From: Escherichia coli
GTDB lineage: Bacteria; Pseudomonadota; Gammaproteobacteria; Enterobacterales; Enterobacteriaceae
DNA length: 64,000 nt
NCBI RefSeq assembly: GCF_003019035.1
Contig: NZ_CP027447.1
Strand: one strand, 5' to 3'
The notes under the pieces are model-generated. The model ran no database searches. It was given only the letters and a program-made list of their open reading frames with translations, and had not been told where the DNA came from. This document shows, piece by piece, positions 1 to 14,083 of the stretch (positions are counted from its first letter, which is position 1; each line of letters starts with the position of its first letter). A program made the position numbers and the translations under genes.

Positions 1-1530
<1,530 letters not shown>

Positions 1531-1540
1531 TCAATGCTAA

Positions 1541-1562
1541 AAACCCCCGACAAGCGGGGGTT
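1541..1562 (-). terminator. Putative intrinsic terminator downstream of zipA
   Basis: Perfect 6-bp inverted repeat cccccg/cggggg with 5-nt loop (1546-1562), followed on the minus strand by a run of 5 U (plus-strand aaaaa 1541-1545). Confidence 0.5.
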
Positions 1563-1591
1563 CGAAGAGGAGTTAATTTGCCTTAAGTGTA

Positions 1592-2590
1592 TCAGGCGTT
1601 GGCGTCTTTGACTTCGCGGATGATGTCCTGGTACTCGCGCAATTTCTGCGGAGTCATCATACGGCGCTGATCGTCAAGCACTACACCGCCCACTTCATCG
1701 GCAATATGCTGCGCAGATTGCAGCATCAGCTTGAAGTTCTGCAGCTCGTCACCGTAAGACGGTACCTGCATAAAGATAGTGACACCCGGAGTAGTGAAAT
1801 CCTTCATTTCAGGATCAAAGGTTCCCGGTTTCACCATATTCGCCAGGCTAAATAACGCCGGGCCGCTGCCATCCGGGCTAAGATGACGATGGTAAATATT
1901 CATATCGCCAAAAATGAAGCCCGCTTGTTGAATGCTGTTAAGAAGCAGTTCACCGTTTAGCTCGCTACCGTGATGCGCCGCGACGTTCATGATAATCACC
2001 GCTTCTTTGCGCTTCGGTTTATCCATAACTGGAGCCGGTTCCGCTACAGGCTCAGGCTGTGGTGCCGCTACAGGCTCTGCAGGCTGGAAAGCCTGTTGTG
2101 CCGGTTGCGGTGCTGAATGCACTGGCTGCGGCGCTGATGCGACCTGTGGCGAAACTGGCTGCTGCAACGGCTGTTCAGGCTGCGGCTGATAGGCAGGCTG
2201 CTGCACGGGTTGCTGCACCGGCTGCGCTGGACGCGGAGCATGTTGCGGCGGTACCTGAGCTTCAGGCGGCTGCTGGACCGGTTGACGCGGCTGCGCAGAC
2301 GCATAAGGCGGTTGGTACTGGTGTTGCGGCGACGGACGAGCAGCCTCATGCTCCTGGGCGTTAGCCGGGGCATGATTCACGCGGTGAACTCGAACCTCAC
2401 CAACGCCCTCATCATCTTCGACATCCTCGTCATAAGAATCGTCGTCACGTTTTGACTTCATTCGTTTTAATGGCCGATCGCGGAACATAGAAGATCGTTC
2501 TTTACGGCTGGTCCAGAAACCATGTACCAGTAAAGCGATTATGGCGATCGCGCCAACAATGATTAATATCAGACGCAAATCCTGCATCAT
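1592..2590 (-). CDS. zipA: Cell division protein ZipA
   Basis: ORF track 1592..2641(-) trimmed to the [26 protein letters not shown] start; N-terminal TM helix, P/Q-rich linker, C-terminal ...[10 protein letters not shown]. Confidence 0.9.
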
Positions 2591-2819
2591 TATATTCTCT
2601 GTTGTTCTAACACCTTGCCACCACGGCAAACATTTACTCACTAAGAGTATTTGCCGATTACCTCAAGTGCAAGTGCACTATTAACTTTCACAGCACAAAG
2701 ATAGATGAAATCGTGCTTTTTGCTGTTTTTTCGAACATATCCTAACTGTCCATTGCGCAATTACCCGGTAAAATACGCAGAATTTTCCTGGGATTGGTCA
2801 AAAGGAGCTCATCCTGATT

Positions 2820-3581
2820 ATGGTTTCATCATTCACATCTGCCCCACGCAGCGGTTTTTACTATTTTGCGCAAGGCTGGAAGCTCGTCTCGCAACCTGGG
2901 ATTCGGCGTTTCGTTATTTTACCGCTGCTGGTCAATATTTTGTTGATGGGGGGCGCATTCTGGTGGCTATTTACGCAGCTCGATGTCTGGATCCCGACGC
3001 TCATGAGTTATGTTCCGGACTGGTTACAATGGCTGAGCTATCTGTTGTGGCCTCTGGCTGTCATCTCTGTGCTGTTAGTGTTTGGCTATTTCTTCTCAAC
3101 GATTGCTAACTGGATTGCCGCTCCGTTCAATGGTTTATTGGCTGAACAACTGGAAGCACGATTGACTGGCGCTACACCGCCAGATACCGGGATTTTCGGT
3201 ATCATGAAAGATGTGCCGCGAATCATGAAACGCGAATGGCAAAAATTTGCCTGGTATCTGCCGCGCGCAATTGTATTGCTAATTCTTTACTTCATCCCTG
3301 GTATTGGGCAAACCGTCGCGCCGGTACTATGGTTCCTGTTTAGCGCCTGGATGTTAGCCATCCAGTATTGCGATTACCCCTTCGATAACCACAAAGTGCC
3401 GTTTAAAGAGATGCGCACCGCCCTGCGCACACGCAAAATCACCAATATGCAGTTTGGTGCTTTAACCAGCCTGTTTACGATGATCCCGTTGCTTAATCTG
3501 TTCATCATGCCCGTTGCCGTTTGTGGTGCGACGGCGATGTGGGTCGATTGCTATCGCGATAAACACGCGATGTGGCGGTAA
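2820..3581 (+). CDS. cysZ: Sulfate transporter CysZ
   Basis: 253-aa [34 protein letters not shown]..., polytopic membrane protein, position upstream of cysK. Confidence 0.9.
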
Positions 3582-3765
3582 CAATCTACCGGTTATTTTG
3601 TAAACCGCTTGTGTGAAACAGGGGTGGCTTATGCCGCCCCTTATTCCATCTTGCATGTCATTATTTCCCTTCTGCATATAGATATGCTAAATCCTTACTT
3701 CCGCATATTCTCTGAGCGGGTATGCTACCTGTTGTATCCCAATTTCATACAGTTAAGGACAGGCC

Positions 3766-4737
3766 ATGAGTAAGATTTTTGAAGATAACTCGCTGACTAT
3801 CGGTCACACGCCGCTGGTTCGCCTGAATCGCATCGGTAACGGACGCATTCTGGCGAAGGTGGAATCTCGTAACCCCAGCTTCAGCGTTAAGTGCCGTATC
3901 GGTGCCAACATGATTTGGGATGCCGAAAAGCGCGGCGTGCTGAAACCAGGCGTTGAACTGGTTGAACCAACCAGCGGTAATACCGGGATTGCACTGGCCT
4001 ATGTCGCTGCCGCTCGCGGTTACAAACTTACCCTGACCATGCCAGAAACCATGAGTATTGAACGCCGCAAGCTGCTGAAAGCGTTAGGTGCAAACCTGGT
4101 GCTGACCGAAGGTGCTAAAGGCATGAAAGGCGCAATCCAAAAAGCAGAAGAAATTGTCGCCAGCAATCCAGAGAAATACCTGCTGCTGCAACAATTCAGC
4201 AATCCGGCAAACCCTGAAATTCACGAAAAAACCACCGGTCCGGAGATCTGGGAAGATACCGACGGTCAGGTTGATGTATTTATTGCTGGCGTTGGGACTG
4301 GCGGTACGCTGACTGGCGTCAGCCGCTACATTAAAGGCACCAAAGGCAAGACCGATCTTATCTCTGTCGCCGTTGAGCCAACCGATTCTCCAGTTATCGC
4401 CCAGGCGCTGGCAGGTGAAGAGATTAAACCTGGCCCGCATAAAATTCAGGGTATTGGCGCTGGTTTTATCCCGGCTAACCTCGATCTCAAGCTGGTCGAC
4501 AAAGTCATTGGCATCACCAATGAAGAAGCCATTTCTACCGCACGTCGTCTGATGGAAGAAGAAGGTATTCTTGCTGGTATCTCTTCTGGAGCAGCTGTTG
4601 CCGCGGCGTTGAAACTACAAGAAGATGAAAGCTTTACCAACAAGAATATTGTGGTTATTCTACCATCATCGGGTGAGCGTTATTTAAGCACCGCATTGTT
4701 TGCCGATCTCTTCACTGAGAAAGAACTGCAACAGTAA
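3766..4737 (+). CDS. cysK: Cysteine synthase A (O-acetylserine sulfhydrylase A)
   Basis: 323-aa [27 protein letters not shown]...; PLP-fold motifs SVKCRIG and GNTGIALA. Confidence 0.95.
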   Translation: MSKIFEDNSLTIGHTPLVRLNRIGNGRILAKVESRNPSFSVKCRIGANMIWDAEKRGVLKPGVELVEPTSGNTGIALAYVAAARGYKLTLTMPETMSIERRKLLKALGANLVLTEGAKGMKGAIQKAEEIVASNPEKYLLLQQFSNPANPEIHEKTTGPEIWEDTDGQVDVFIAGVGTGGTLTGVSRYIKGTKGKTDLISVAVEPTDSPVIAQALAGEEIKPGPHKIQGIGAGFIPANLDLKLVDKVIGITNEEAISTARRLMEEEGILAGISSGAAVAAALKLQEDESFTNKNIVVILPSSGERYLSTALFADLFTEKELQQ

Positions 4738-4750
4738 TGCCAGCTTGTTA

Positions 4751-4778
4751 AAAATGCGTAAAAAAGCACCTTTTCAGG
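4751..4778 (+). terminator. Intrinsic terminator after cysK
   Basis: aaaaagcacc-ttttca-ggtgcttttt hairpin followed by T-run, 14 bp after the cysK stop. Confidence 0.6.
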
Positions 4779-5120
4779 TGCTTTTTTGTGGCCTGCTTCA
4801 AACTTTCGCCCCTCCTGGCATTGATTCAGCCTGTCGGAACTGGTATTTAACCAGACTAATTATTTTGATGCGCGAAATTAATCGTTACAGGAAAAGCCAA
4901 AGCTGAATCGATTTTATGATTTGGTTCAATTCTTCCTTTAGCGGCATAATGTTTAATGACGTACGAAACGTCAGCGGTCAACACCCGCCAGCAATGGACT
5001 GTATTGCGCTCTTCGTGCGTCGCGTCTGTTAAAAACTGGCGCTAACAATACAGGCTAAAGTCGAACCGCCAGGCTAGACTTTAGTTCCACAACACTAAAC
5101 CTATAAGTTGGGGAAATACA

Positions 5121-5378
5121 ATGTTCCAGCAAGAAGTTACCATTACCGCTCCGAACGGTCTGCACACCCGCCCTGCTGCCCAGTTTGTAAAAGAAGCTAA
5201 GGGCTTCACTTCTGAAATTACTGTGACTTCCAACGGCAAAAGCGCCAGCGCGAAAAGCCTGTTTAAACTGCAGACTCTGGGCCTGACTCAAGGTACCGTT
5301 GTGACTATCTCCGCAGAAGGCGAAGACGAGCAGAAAGCGGTTGAACATCTGGTTAAACTGATGGCGGAACTCGAGTAA
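5121..5378 (+). CDS. ptsH: Phosphocarrier protein HPr
   Basis: 85-aa [32 protein letters not shown]... (active-site His15 context). Confidence 0.95.
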
Positions 5379-5422
5379 TTTCCCGGGTTCTTTTAAAAAT
5401 CAGTCACAAGTAAGGTAGGGTT

Positions 5423-7150
5423 ATGATTTCAGGCATTTTAGCATCCCCGGGTATCGCTTTCGGTAAAGCTCTGCTTCTGAAAGAAGACGAAATTGTCATT
5501 GACCGGAAAAAAATTTCTGCCGACCAGGTTGATCAGGAAGTTGAACGTTTTCTGAGCGGTCGTGCCAAGGCATCAGCCCAGCTGGAAACGATCAAAACGA
5601 AAGCTGGTGAAACGTTCGGTGAAGAAAAAGAAGCCATCTTTGAAGGGCATATTATGCTGCTCGAAGATGAGGAGCTGGAGCAGGAAATCATAGCCCTGAT
5701 TAAAGATAAGCACATGACAGCTGACGCAGCTGCTCATGAAGTTATCGAAGGTCAGGCTTCTGCCCTGGAAGAGCTGGATGATGAATACCTGAAAGAACGT
5801 GCGGCTGACGTACGTGATATCGGTAAGCGCCTGCTGCGCAACATCCTGGGCCTGAAGATTATCGACCTGAGCGCCATTCAGGATGAAGTCATTCTGGTTG
5901 CCGCTGACCTGACGCCGTCCGAAACCGCACAGCTGAACCTGAAGAAGGTGCTGGGTTTCATCACCGACGCGGGTGGCCGTACTTCCCACACCTCTATCAT
6001 GGCGCGTTCTCTGGAACTGCCTGCTATCGTGGGTACCGGTAGCGTCACCTCTCAGGTGAAAAATGACGACTATCTGATTCTGGATGCCGTAAATAATCAG
6101 GTTTACGTCAATCCAACCAACGAAGTTATTGATAAAATGCGCGCTGTTCAGGAGCAAGTGGCTTCTGAAAAAGCAGAGCTTGCTAAACTGAAAGATCTGC
6201 CAGCTATTACGCTGGACGGTCACCAGGTAGAAGTGTGCGCTAACATTGGTACGGTTCGTGACGTTGAAGGTGCAGAGCGTAACGGCGCTGAAGGCGTTGG
6301 TCTGTATCGTACTGAGTTCCTGTTCATGGACCGCGACGCGCTGCCCACTGAAGAAGAACAGTTTGCTGCTTACAAAGCAGTGGCTGAAGCGTGTGGCTCG
6401 CAGGCGGTTATCGTTCGTACCATGGACATCGGCGGCGACAAAGAGCTGCCATACATGAACTTCCCGAAAGAAGAGAACCCGTTCCTCGGCTGGCGCGCTA
6501 TCCGTATCGCAATGGATCGTAAAGAGATCCTGCGCGATCAGCTCCGCGCTATCCTGCGTGCCTCGGCTTTCGGTAAATTGCGCATTATGTTCCCGATGAT
6601 CATCTCTGTTGAAGAAGTGCGTGCACTGCGCAAAGAGATCGAAATCTACAAACAGGAACTGCGCGACGAAGGTAAAGCGTTTGACGAGTCAATTGAAATC
6701 GGCGTAATGGTGGAAACACCGGCTGCCGCAACAATTGCACGTCATTTAGCCAAAGAAGTTGATTTCTTTAGTATCGGCACCAATGATTTAACGCAGTACA
6801 CTCTGGCAGTTGACCGTGGTAATGATATGATTTCACACCTTTACCAGCCAATGTCACCGTCCGTGCTGAACTTGATCAAGCAAGTTATTGATGCTTCTCA
6901 TGCTGAAGGCAAATGGACTGGCATGTGTGGTGAGCTTGCTGGCGATGAACGTGCTACACTTCTGTTGCTGGGGATGGGTCTGGACGAATTCTCTATGAGC
7001 GCCATTTCTATCCCGCGCATTAAGAAGATTATCCGTAACACGAACTTCGAAGATGCGAAGGTGTTAGCAGAGCAGGCTCTTGCTCAACCGACAACGGACG
7101 AGTTAATGACGCTGGTTAACAAGTTCATTGAAGAAAAAACAATCTGCTAA
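5423..7150 (+). CDS. ptsI: PTS enzyme I (phosphoenolpyruvate-protein phosphotransferase)
   Basis: 575-aa [34 protein letters not shown]...; GGRTSHTSI phosphohistidine motif. Confidence 0.95.
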   Translation: MISGILASPGIAFGKALLLKEDEIVIDRKKISADQVDQEVERFLSGRAKASAQLETIKTKAGETFGEEKEAIFEGHIMLLEDEELEQEIIALIKDKHMTADAAAHEVIEGQASALEELDDEYLKERAADVRDIGKRLLRNILGLKIIDLSAIQDEVILVAADLTPSETAQLNLKKVLGFITDAGGRTSHTSIMARSLELPAIVGTGSVTSQVKNDDYLILDAVNNQVYVNPTNEVIDKMRAVQEQVASEKAELAKLKDLPAITLDGHQVEVCANIGTVRDVEGAERNGAEGVGLYRTEFLFMDRDALPTEEEQFAAYKAVAEACGSQAVIVRTMDIGGDKELPYMNFPKEENPFLGWRAIRIAMDRKEILRDQLRAILRASAFGKLRIMFPMIISVEEVRALRKEIEIYKQELRDEGKAFDESIEIGVMVETPAAATIARHLAKEVDFFSIGTNDLTQYTLAVDRGNDMISHLYQPMSPSVLNLIKQVIDASHAEGKWTGMCGELAGDERATLLLLGMGLDEFSMSAISIPRIKKIIRNTNFEDAKVLAEQALAQPTTDELMTLVNKFIEEKTIC

Positions 7151-7190
7151 TCCACGAGATGCGGCCCAATTTACTGCTTAGGAGAAGATC

Positions 7191-7700
7191 ATGGGTTTGT
7201 TCGATAAACTGAAATCTCTGGTTTCCGACGACAAGAAGGATACCGGAACTATTGAGATCATTGCTCCGCTCTCTGGCGAGATCGTCAATATCGAAGACGT
7301 GCCGGATGTCGTTTTTGCGGAAAAAATCGTTGGTGATGGCATTGCTATCAAACCAACTGGAAACAAAATGGTCGCGCCTGTAGACGGCACCATTGGTAAA
7401 ATCTTTGAAACCAACCACGCGTTCTCTATCGAATCTGATAGCGGCGTTGAACTGTTCGTCCACTTCGGTATCGACACCGTTGAACTGAAAGGCGAAGGCT
7501 TCAAGCGTATTGCTGAAGAAGGTCAGCGCGTGAAAGTTGGCGATACTGTCATTGAATTTGATCTGCCGCTGCTGGAAGAGAAAGCCAAGTCTACCCTGAC
7601 TCCGGTTGTTATCTCCAACATGGACGAAATCAAAGAACTGATCAAACTGTCCGGTAGCGTAACCGTGGGTGAAACCCCGGTTATCCGCATCAAGAAGTAA
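7191..7700 (+). CDS. crr: Glucose-specific PTS enzyme IIA (EIIA-Glc)
   Basis: 169-aa [42 protein letters not shown]... Confidence 0.95.
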
Positions 7701-7714
7701 TTCTTGCCGCAGTG

Positions 7715-7745
7715 AAAAATGGCGCCCATCGGCGCCATTTTTTTA
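7715..7745. terminator. Bidirectional intrinsic terminator between convergent crr and pdxK
   Basis: aaaaatggcgcc-catc-ggcgccattttt perfect hairpin flanked by A-run upstream and T-run downstream; overlaps the pdxK stop. Confidence 0.65.
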
Positions 7746-8594
7746 TGCTTCCGCCAGCGGCGGCAAAATCAATTCATCGCTCTCATGCTGCTGGGTATAG
7801 CGCATCACTTCCAGTACGCGCAACCCCGCGCGGTGCACCGCATCGTTTAACGCCTTCCCTTTCAGCAAACCACTGATAAGCTGAGCACAAAACAGGTCGC
7901 CAGTCCCTTTCAGGTCGGTTTTTACCCGTGAATGGGAAATGACATTCACGCTGTCGGCACTCACCACCACCACCTGCATCTCCTGATTTTCTTCGTTACC
8001 GGAGGCGCTGGTAACCACCACCCATTTTAATGTGTCTGAAAGCAGACTTTTTGCGGCAGCAATGGCACTGTCGAGATCGCGGCAATTTTTACCGGTCAGG
8101 ATTTCCAGCTCAAAGATATTGGGGGTAATTCCCTGCGCCAGCGGCAGTAAATATTGTCGATACGCCTCGGGAAGGTCAGGTTTGACATAAATTCCGCTAT
8201 CAATATCGCCAATCACCGGATCGACCATGATCAATAGGTCAGGATGGTCTTTGCGTAGCGCAGTCAGCCACTCGGCAAGGATTTTGATTTGCGATGCCGT
8301 TCCCATATAGCCCGTGGTTACAGCTCGAAGTTGGCGCAGCGCATCACGCTCCTGAAGCGCACGCAAATAACCGCTAAACCATTCATCCGGAATCGCACCA
8401 CCGTAGAAAGTGTCATAATGCGGCGTATTGCTCAGCAATACCGTCGGCACGGCAAAGACATTCAGGCCGTTCTGTTTGATAGCAGGCACCGCAATGCTGT
8501 TGCCTACGCTGCCGTACACTACCTGCGACTGCACGGCAACGATATCCGCCTGCAGTGCCCTGCTCTTATCGTTAAACAACAACAAACTACTCAT
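7743..8594 (-). CDS. pdxK: Pyridoxal/pyridoxine/pyridoxamine kinase
   Basis: 283-aa [35 protein letters not shown]... Confidence 0.9.
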   Translation of the reverse strand: MSSLLLFNDKSRALQADIVAVQSQVVYGSVGNSIAVPAIKQNGLNVFAVPTVLLSNTPHYDTFYGGAIPDEWFSGYLRALQERDALRQLRAVTTGYMGTASQIKILAEWLTALRKDHPDLLIMVDPVIGDIDSGIYVKPDLPEAYRQYLLPLAQGITPNIFELEILTGKNCRDLDSAIAAAKSLLSDTLKWVVVTSASGNEENQEMQVVVVSADSVNVISHSRVKTDLKGTGDLFCAQLISGLLKGKALNDAVHRAGLRVLEVMRYTQQHESDELILPPLAEA

Positions 8595-8607
8595 TTAATT
8601 TTTTCTC

Positions 8608-9067
<460 letters not shown>

Positions 9068-9069
9068 TC

Positions 9070-9981
9070 TTAAATCCCCGCCCCCTGGCTAAAATGCTCT
9101 TCCCCAAACACCCCGGTAGAAAGGTAGCGATCGCCACGATCGCAGATGATCGCCACCACCACCGCGCCAGGGTTAGCTTTTGCCACTCGCAGTGCACCAG
9201 CAACCGCGCCGCCGGAGCTAACGCCACAGAAAATCCCTTCCCGCGCCGCCAGTTCGCGCATAGTGTTTTCCGCATCGCGCTGATGAATATCCAGCACCTC
9301 ATCCACCAGAGAAGCGTTGAAAATTCCCGGCAGATATTCCGCAGGCCAGCGGCGAATGCCTGGAATACTGCTGCCTTCTTCCGGCTGCAGGCCAACAATC
9401 GTCACCGGTTTGGATTGTTCGCGCATAAAGCGTGACACGCCGGTGATAGTGCCGGTTGTTCCCATGCTGGAGACAAAATGGGTAATGCGCCCGCCAGTCT
9501 GCTGCCAGATTTCCGGCCCGGTGGTGGTGTAATGGGCGAAGGGATTATCAGGATTATTGAACTGATCGAGCAGCTTTCCTTCACCACGATTGGCCATCTC
9601 CAGCGCCAGATCGCGCGCACCTTCCATGCCCTGCTCTTTGGTGACCAGAATCAGTTCCGCACCGTAGGCACGCATTGCCGCACGGCGTTCCTGGCTCATG
9701 TTGTCGGGCATCAGCAATTTCATGCGATAGCCTTTAAGCGCGGCAATCATTGCCAGCGCAATGCCGGTGTTACCACTGGTGGCTTCGATCAACACATCAC
9801 CCGGTTTAATCTCGCCGCGCTTTTCCGCCTCGACAATCATCGAAAGCGCTGCACGGTCTTTTACCGATCCCGCCGGGTTATTGCCTTCCAGTTTTAACCA
9901 CACTTCACTGCCGTTATCCGGCCCCATTCGCTGCAACTTCACCAGAGGCGTATTGCCAATTGTTTGTTCTAATGTACTCAC
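9070..9981 (-). CDS. cysM: Cysteine synthase B (O-acetylserine sulfhydrylase B)
   Basis: ORF track 9070..10059(-) trimmed to GTG start (V)STLEQTIGNTPLVKLQRMGPDNGSEVWLKLEGNNPAGSVKDR; 303 aa. Confidence 0.9.
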   Translation of the reverse strand: MSTLEQTIGNTPLVKLQRMGPDNGSEVWLKLEGNNPAGSVKDRAALSMIVEAEKRGEIKPGDVLIEATSGNTGIALAMIAALKGYRMKLLMPDNMSQERRAAMRAYGAELILVTKEQGMEGARDLALEMANRGEGKLLDQFNNPDNPFAHYTTTGPEIWQQTGGRITHFVSSMGTTGTITGVSRFMREQSKPVTIVGLQPEEGSSIPGIRRWPAEYLPGIFNASLVDEVLDIHQRDAENTMRELAAREGIFCGVSSGGAVAGALRVAKANPGAVVVAIICDRGDRYLSTGVFGEEHFSQGAGI

Positions 9982-10004
9982 GATCTCTGTCCATACGTGG
10001 TGTT

Positions 10005-10040
10005 GCCTGATGCGACGCTTGCGCGTCTTATCAGGCCTAC
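10005..10040. repeat. REP (repetitive extragenic palindromic) element in cysA-cysM spacer
   Basis: gcctgatgcgacgcttgcgcgtcttatcaggcctac, classical REP palindrome. Confidence 0.7.
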
Positions 10041-10114
10041 AGGTTACAAACCTTGCCATTAAAAAGCCCGGATCGCGGGAAGCGCCTCCGGGCGTTTAAC
10101 ATTCACTCAACCTA

Positions 10115-11212
10115 TCAGGCGCTTTGTGCGAGAGCAAGTTCCTCATCGCGGGTTTCAATACGCTCGTCGCCGTTATACAGCCGCGCATGTTGCAGACCAA
10201 CGAATAAACGCTCGCCACGTTGCGGGGCGTCGTCGCCGTGCATCACGACCGTCAGCGCTTCGTTGTACCACCCCAGCGGCTGCACGACTAATTGGGTGTA
10301 GTGGCCTTTCGGGCTGGCTTCCAGTACCTGTACCGGCAGCGGCGAATCGAGGCTGGTACGGCGGCTGATATCCACTTCCCACGGACGCAGGAAGAGATCC
10401 ACCGGCCCCTGATACGCAGGTGTATAGCCCAGCGGCCAGCGATGTGCGCCAACATGGAACTGCCCGCCGCGAATGGTTCCCTGCAGGCGGTTCACTTCGC
10501 CCATAAATTCGAGTACAAAACGGGTCGCTGGTTCGCGCCATACCTGGTCCGGTGCATCAGCCTGCTCGATATTGCCCTGGCTCATCACCACTACACGATC
10601 GGCTACTTCGGTCGCTTCTTCCTGGTCATGGGTCACAAACACGCTGGTGAATTTCAGCTCTTCATGTAACTGACGCAGCCAGCGACGCAACTCTTTACGC
10701 ACCTGCGCATCCAGCGCGCCAAACGGTTCATCAAGCAGCAGAATTTGCGGTTCTACGGCAAGCGCGCGCGCCAGCGCCACACGCTGTTTCTGGCCGCCGG
10801 AAAGCTGCGCAGGATAGCGGTCTGCCAGATGGGCAAGCTGCACCATCTCCAGCAATTTTGTCACTTTCGCTTTGATAGCTGCGGCATTCGGGCGCTCGCG
10901 ACGCGGCAGCACCGTCAGGCCGAAAGCGATATTGTCGAACACCGTCATATGGCGGAACAGCGCGTAATGCTGAAACACGAAACCGACTTTACGATCGCGC
11001 GCATGCAGGCGGCTGACGTCGGTGCCGTGGAAGCGAATATGCCCGCTGGTTTGATGCTCCAGCCCGGCGATAATCCGCAGCAGCGTGGTTTTCCCGGAAC
11101 CGGACGGCCCCAGCAATGCGACCATCTGACCAGAAGGAATATCCAGTGAGATATCGTTCAGCACCTGGGTGCGACCAAAAGACTTCTTAATATTGGCAAT
11201 CTCAATGCTCAT
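10115..11212 (-). CDS. cysA: Sulfate/thiosulfate ABC transporter ATP-binding protein
   Basis: 365-aa ORF; Walker [13 protein letters not shown] signature LSGGQKQR, Walker B LLLDEP. Confidence 0.95.
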   Translation of the reverse strand: MSIEIANIKKSFGRTQVLNDISLDIPSGQMVALLGPSGSGKTTLLRIIAGLEHQTSGHIRFHGTDVSRLHARDRKVGFVFQHYALFRHMTVFDNIAFGLTVLPRRERPNAAAIKAKVTKLLEMVQLAHLADRYPAQLSGGQKQRVALARALAVEPQILLLDEPFGALDAQVRKELRRWLRQLHEELKFTSVFVTHDQEEATEVADRVVVMSQGNIEQADAPDQVWREPATRFVLEFMGEVNRLQGTIRGGQFHVGAHRWPLGYTPAYQGPVDLFLRPWEVDISRRTSLDSPLPVQVLEASPKGHYTQLVVQPLGWYNEALTVVMHGDDAPQRGERLFVGLQHARLYNGDERIETRDEELALAQSA

Positions 11213-12077
11213 GATGTTCCTCCTGCTGCGCGCGTTTTTCCTGATTCTCCAGACGCCACTGCAACATACTCTTTAAAAACAGGGTGATAATCGCCATCAG
11301 CGTCAACAACGCGGCAGCGGTAAAGGAGCCGACGGTGTTGTAGTCCTGCTCCAGCAATTCAATCTGTAACGGCAGCGAAAGTGTTTCGCCGCGAATCGAG
11401 CCGGAAACTACCGACACCGCACCAAACTCGCCAATCGCGCGGGCGTTGGTCAGCACCACGCCATAAAGCAGCGCCCAGCGGATGTTCGGCAGCGTGACGC
11501 GACGGAACATCTGCCAGCCAGATGCGCCCAGCAAAATCGCTGCTTCGTCTTCCTGGCTGCCCTGGCTTAACATTACCGGCACCAGCTCGCGCACCACAAA
11601 CGGACAGGTCACGAAGATGGTGACCAGCACCATTCCCGGCCAGGAGAACATAATTTGCAGGTTATGCTCATCCAGCCAGCCACCGAGCGGGCCGTTAGAG
11701 CCGTAAAACAGCAGATACACCAGACCGGCAACCACCGGCGACACGGCAAACGGAATGTCCAGCAGCGTCAGCAGCAACTGGCGTCCGGGGAAGTTAAAGC
11801 GCGTCACCAGCCAGGCCAGCAGAATGCCGAACACCAGGTTCACCGGCACGGCAATCAGCGCAATCATCACCGTCAGCCAGATGGCGTGCAGCATGTCCGG
11901 ATCGGCCAGATTCTGTAAAACCGGCATCAGCCCTTTGCTGAACGCCTGCACGAAGATGTAAATCATCGGCACCAGCAGGATGAACGCCGAAACCAGCATC
12001 CCGATGCCAATCAGAAACCATTTGCCCCAGTTAATCGGGCGCGCGTCATAACGCTTCAATTGTGTCACTTCCGCCAT
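11202..12077 (-). CDS. cysW: Sulfate/thiosulfate ABC transporter permease CysW
   Basis: 291-aa polytopic [27 protein letters not shown]...; overlaps cysA by 11 bp (translational coupling). Confidence 0.9.
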   Translation of the reverse strand: MAEVTQLKRYDARPINWGKWFLIGIGMLVSAFILLVPMIYIFVQAFSKGLMPVLQNLADPDMLHAIWLTVMIALIAVPVNLVFGILLAWLVTRFNFPGRQLLLTLLDIPFAVSPVVAGLVYLLFYGSNGPLGGWLDEHNLQIMFSWPGMVLVTIFVTCPFVVRELVPVMLSQGSQEDEAAILLGASGWQMFRRVTLPNIRWALLYGVVLTNARAIGEFGAVSVVSGSIRGETLSLPLQIELLEQDYNTVGSFTAAALLTLMAIITLFLKSMLQWRLENQEKRAQQEEHHEH

Positions 12078-12910
12078 TAATGACCTACCACACGCCGACC
12101 AAAGCGACTTTGCAGAGTGTTAATTGAGAACAGCAGCAGCAGGGATGCCGCGAGGATCACCGAAGCAATCGCGCTCGCCGCCGGGTAATCAAACTCCTGT
12201 AAGCGAACAAAAATCATCAGCGACGTCACTTCCGTCTTCCAGGCAATGTTCCCGGCGATGAAAATCACCGCGCCAAATTCACCAAGACTACGGGTAAACG
12301 ACAGCGCCACGCCCGCCACCAGCGCCGGAGAAAGTTCCGGCAGCACCACTTTGCAGAAACTCTGCCAGCGCGTTGCACCAAGCGTTTCCGCCGCTTCTTC
12401 ATATTCCGGGCCTAACTCTTCCAGCACCGGCTGCACGGTACGCACCACAAACGGAATGCTGGTAAAGGCCATCGCCACCGCGATCCCCAGCCAGGTATAG
12501 GTGACTTTGATATCAAACTTCGCCAGCCATTCACCGTAAAAACCGTTCACGGAAAAGAGCGAAGCCAGCGTTAAACCGGCGACTGCCGTTGGCAGCGCAA
12601 AGGGTAAATCCATCAGCGCATCAAGCAGCGTGCGGCCCGGAAAGCGATAGCGGGTTAAGATCCACGCCATCAGCAGACCGAAAACGCCGTTAAAAATCGA
12701 CGCGACAAACGCCGACAGCAGCGTCACTTTATAGGCTGCGACCACCTGCGGGTTGGTGATCACCTCCCAGTACTGCGCCCAGCTCATCTCAGAGAGCTGC
12801 ATCACCAGCGCGGAGAGCGGCAGCAGCAAAATCAGGCACACAAACAGCAGACTGGTGCCGAGGCTTAAGGTAAAGCCCGGCAGCACGCGTCTTGATGAAA
12901 CTGCAAACAT
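12077..12910 (-). CDS. cysU: Sulfate/thiosulfate ABC transporter permease CysU (CysT)
   Basis: 277-aa polytopic [27 protein letters not shown]...; 1-bp overlaps with cysP and cysW. Confidence 0.9.
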   Translation of the reverse strand: MFAVSSRRVLPGFTLSLGTSLLFVCLILLLPLSALVMQLSEMSWAQYWEVITNPQVVAAYKVTLLSAFVASIFNGVFGLLMAWILTRYRFPGRTLLDALMDLPFALPTAVAGLTLASLFSVNGFYGEWLAKFDIKVTYTWLGIAVAMAFTSIPFVVRTVQPVLEELGPEYEEAAETLGATRWQSFCKVVLPELSPALVAGVALSFTRSLGEFGAVIFIAGNIAWKTEVTSLMIFVRLQEFDYPAASAIASVILAASLLLLFSINTLQSRFGRRVVGH

Positions 12911-13926
12911 CAGTTACGCCCCGCCGCTAACAGCTTGTCTAACTCGCCGCCGCTGGTGAAGTGGGTTTTCATCACTTCCGGCCAGGAGCCAAATTTGTCT
13001 TCCACGCGGAACAGTTCGGTCTGCGGGAATTTGTCTTTCAGTTTGTCCATCACCTCCGGGTTATTTACGCGGTAGTAATAGTCGGTGATGATGGTTTGCG
13101 CCTGCGGGCTGTAGAGCCAGTTCAGGTAAGCTTTTGCTGCTTTTTCCGTACCGTTGGCCTGCACGTTTTTATCGACCCACGCCACCGGGAATTCCGCCAG
13201 AATATTGGTTTTCGGAATCACCACTTCAAAGCCCTGCGCTTCATACTGTTTGCGGATGTTGTTCACTTCCGACTCGAAGCTGATCAGCACATCGCCCAGG
13301 CCGCGCTCGGCAAAAGTGGTGGTCGCGCCACGACCGCCAGTATCGAACACTTCAACGTTTTTCAGGAACTGGGTCATAAACTGTTCGGTTTTGGCTTTGT
13401 CGCCACCGTCAGCTTTATCCGCTGCGCCCCATGCCGCCAGATAGGTATAACGCGCGTTACCGGAGGTTTTTGGGTTCGGGAAAATCAGCTTCACGTCGGA
13501 GCGCACCAGATCGTTCCAGTCATGGATATTCTTCGGGTTGCCCTTACGCACCAGGAAGCCCATGGTGGAGTAAAACGGCGAGCTGTTATTCGGCAGGCGC
13601 GACTGCCAGTCAGCCGGGATCAGCTTGCCTTTATCATGCAGGATCTGCACATCGGTCACCTGGTTATAAGTGACAACGTCCGCTTTTAAGCCCTGTAAAA
13701 TCGCCAGCGCCTGTTTTGATGACCCGGCATGAGATTGTTTAATCGTCAGTTTGTCGCCGCCGTTATCTTTGGCCCATTGCTGTTCAAACGGCGGGTTCAG
13801 GGCGGCAAACAGCTCGCGGGAGACGTCATAAGAACTGTTCAGCAGTTCCGTTGCCTGTACATGGCCCGCCAGCAGCAGAGAAGCGACCAGCGCGAGTGAG
13901 TTCTTTTTCAGTAAGTTAACGGCCAT
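12910..13926 (-). CDS. cysP: Thiosulfate-binding periplasmic protein CysP
   Basis: 338-aa ORF with signal peptide [25 protein letters not shown]. Confidence 0.9.
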   Translation of the reverse strand: MAVNLLKKNSLALVASLLLAGHVQATELLNSSYDVSRELFAALNPPFEQQWAKDNGGDKLTIKQSHAGSSKQALAILQGLKADVVTYNQVTDVQILHDKGKLIPADWQSRLPNNSSPFYSTMGFLVRKGNPKNIHDWNDLVRSDVKLIFPNPKTSGNARYTYLAAWGAADKADGGDKAKTEQFMTQFLKNVEVFDTGGRGATTTFAERGLGDVLISFESEVNNIRKQYEAQGFEVVIPKTNILAEFPVAWVDKNVQANGTEKAAKAYLNWLYSPQAQTIITDYYYRVNNPEVMDKLKDKFPQTELFRVEDKFGSWPEVMKTHFTSGGELDKLLAAGRN

Positions 13927-14083
13927 TGCGCACCCTTATAAATTTAACGACTTTCTAATAGCCATCATATTTATAACGGACGTGAAAGGAGTAACGGTTT
14001 TATATACCGTTTGGTGATTTGGAAGTTGAAAAGGGAATAAGACGAAATCCTCCCCACAAATGCAGGGAGGAAACAGAGGTGAA

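Noticed and set aside
1546-1570. GGTTCGAA T-loop-like motif, checked as a possible tRNA
   Set aside because: The motif is part of the zipA terminator hairpin; no acceptor stem, D-arm or anticodon arm could be built around it. No tRNA or rRNA was found anywhere in the window.
12961-13689. 242-aa plus-strand ORF inside cysP
   Set aside because: Antisense to cysP, whose translation matches the thiosulfate-binding protein; spurious.
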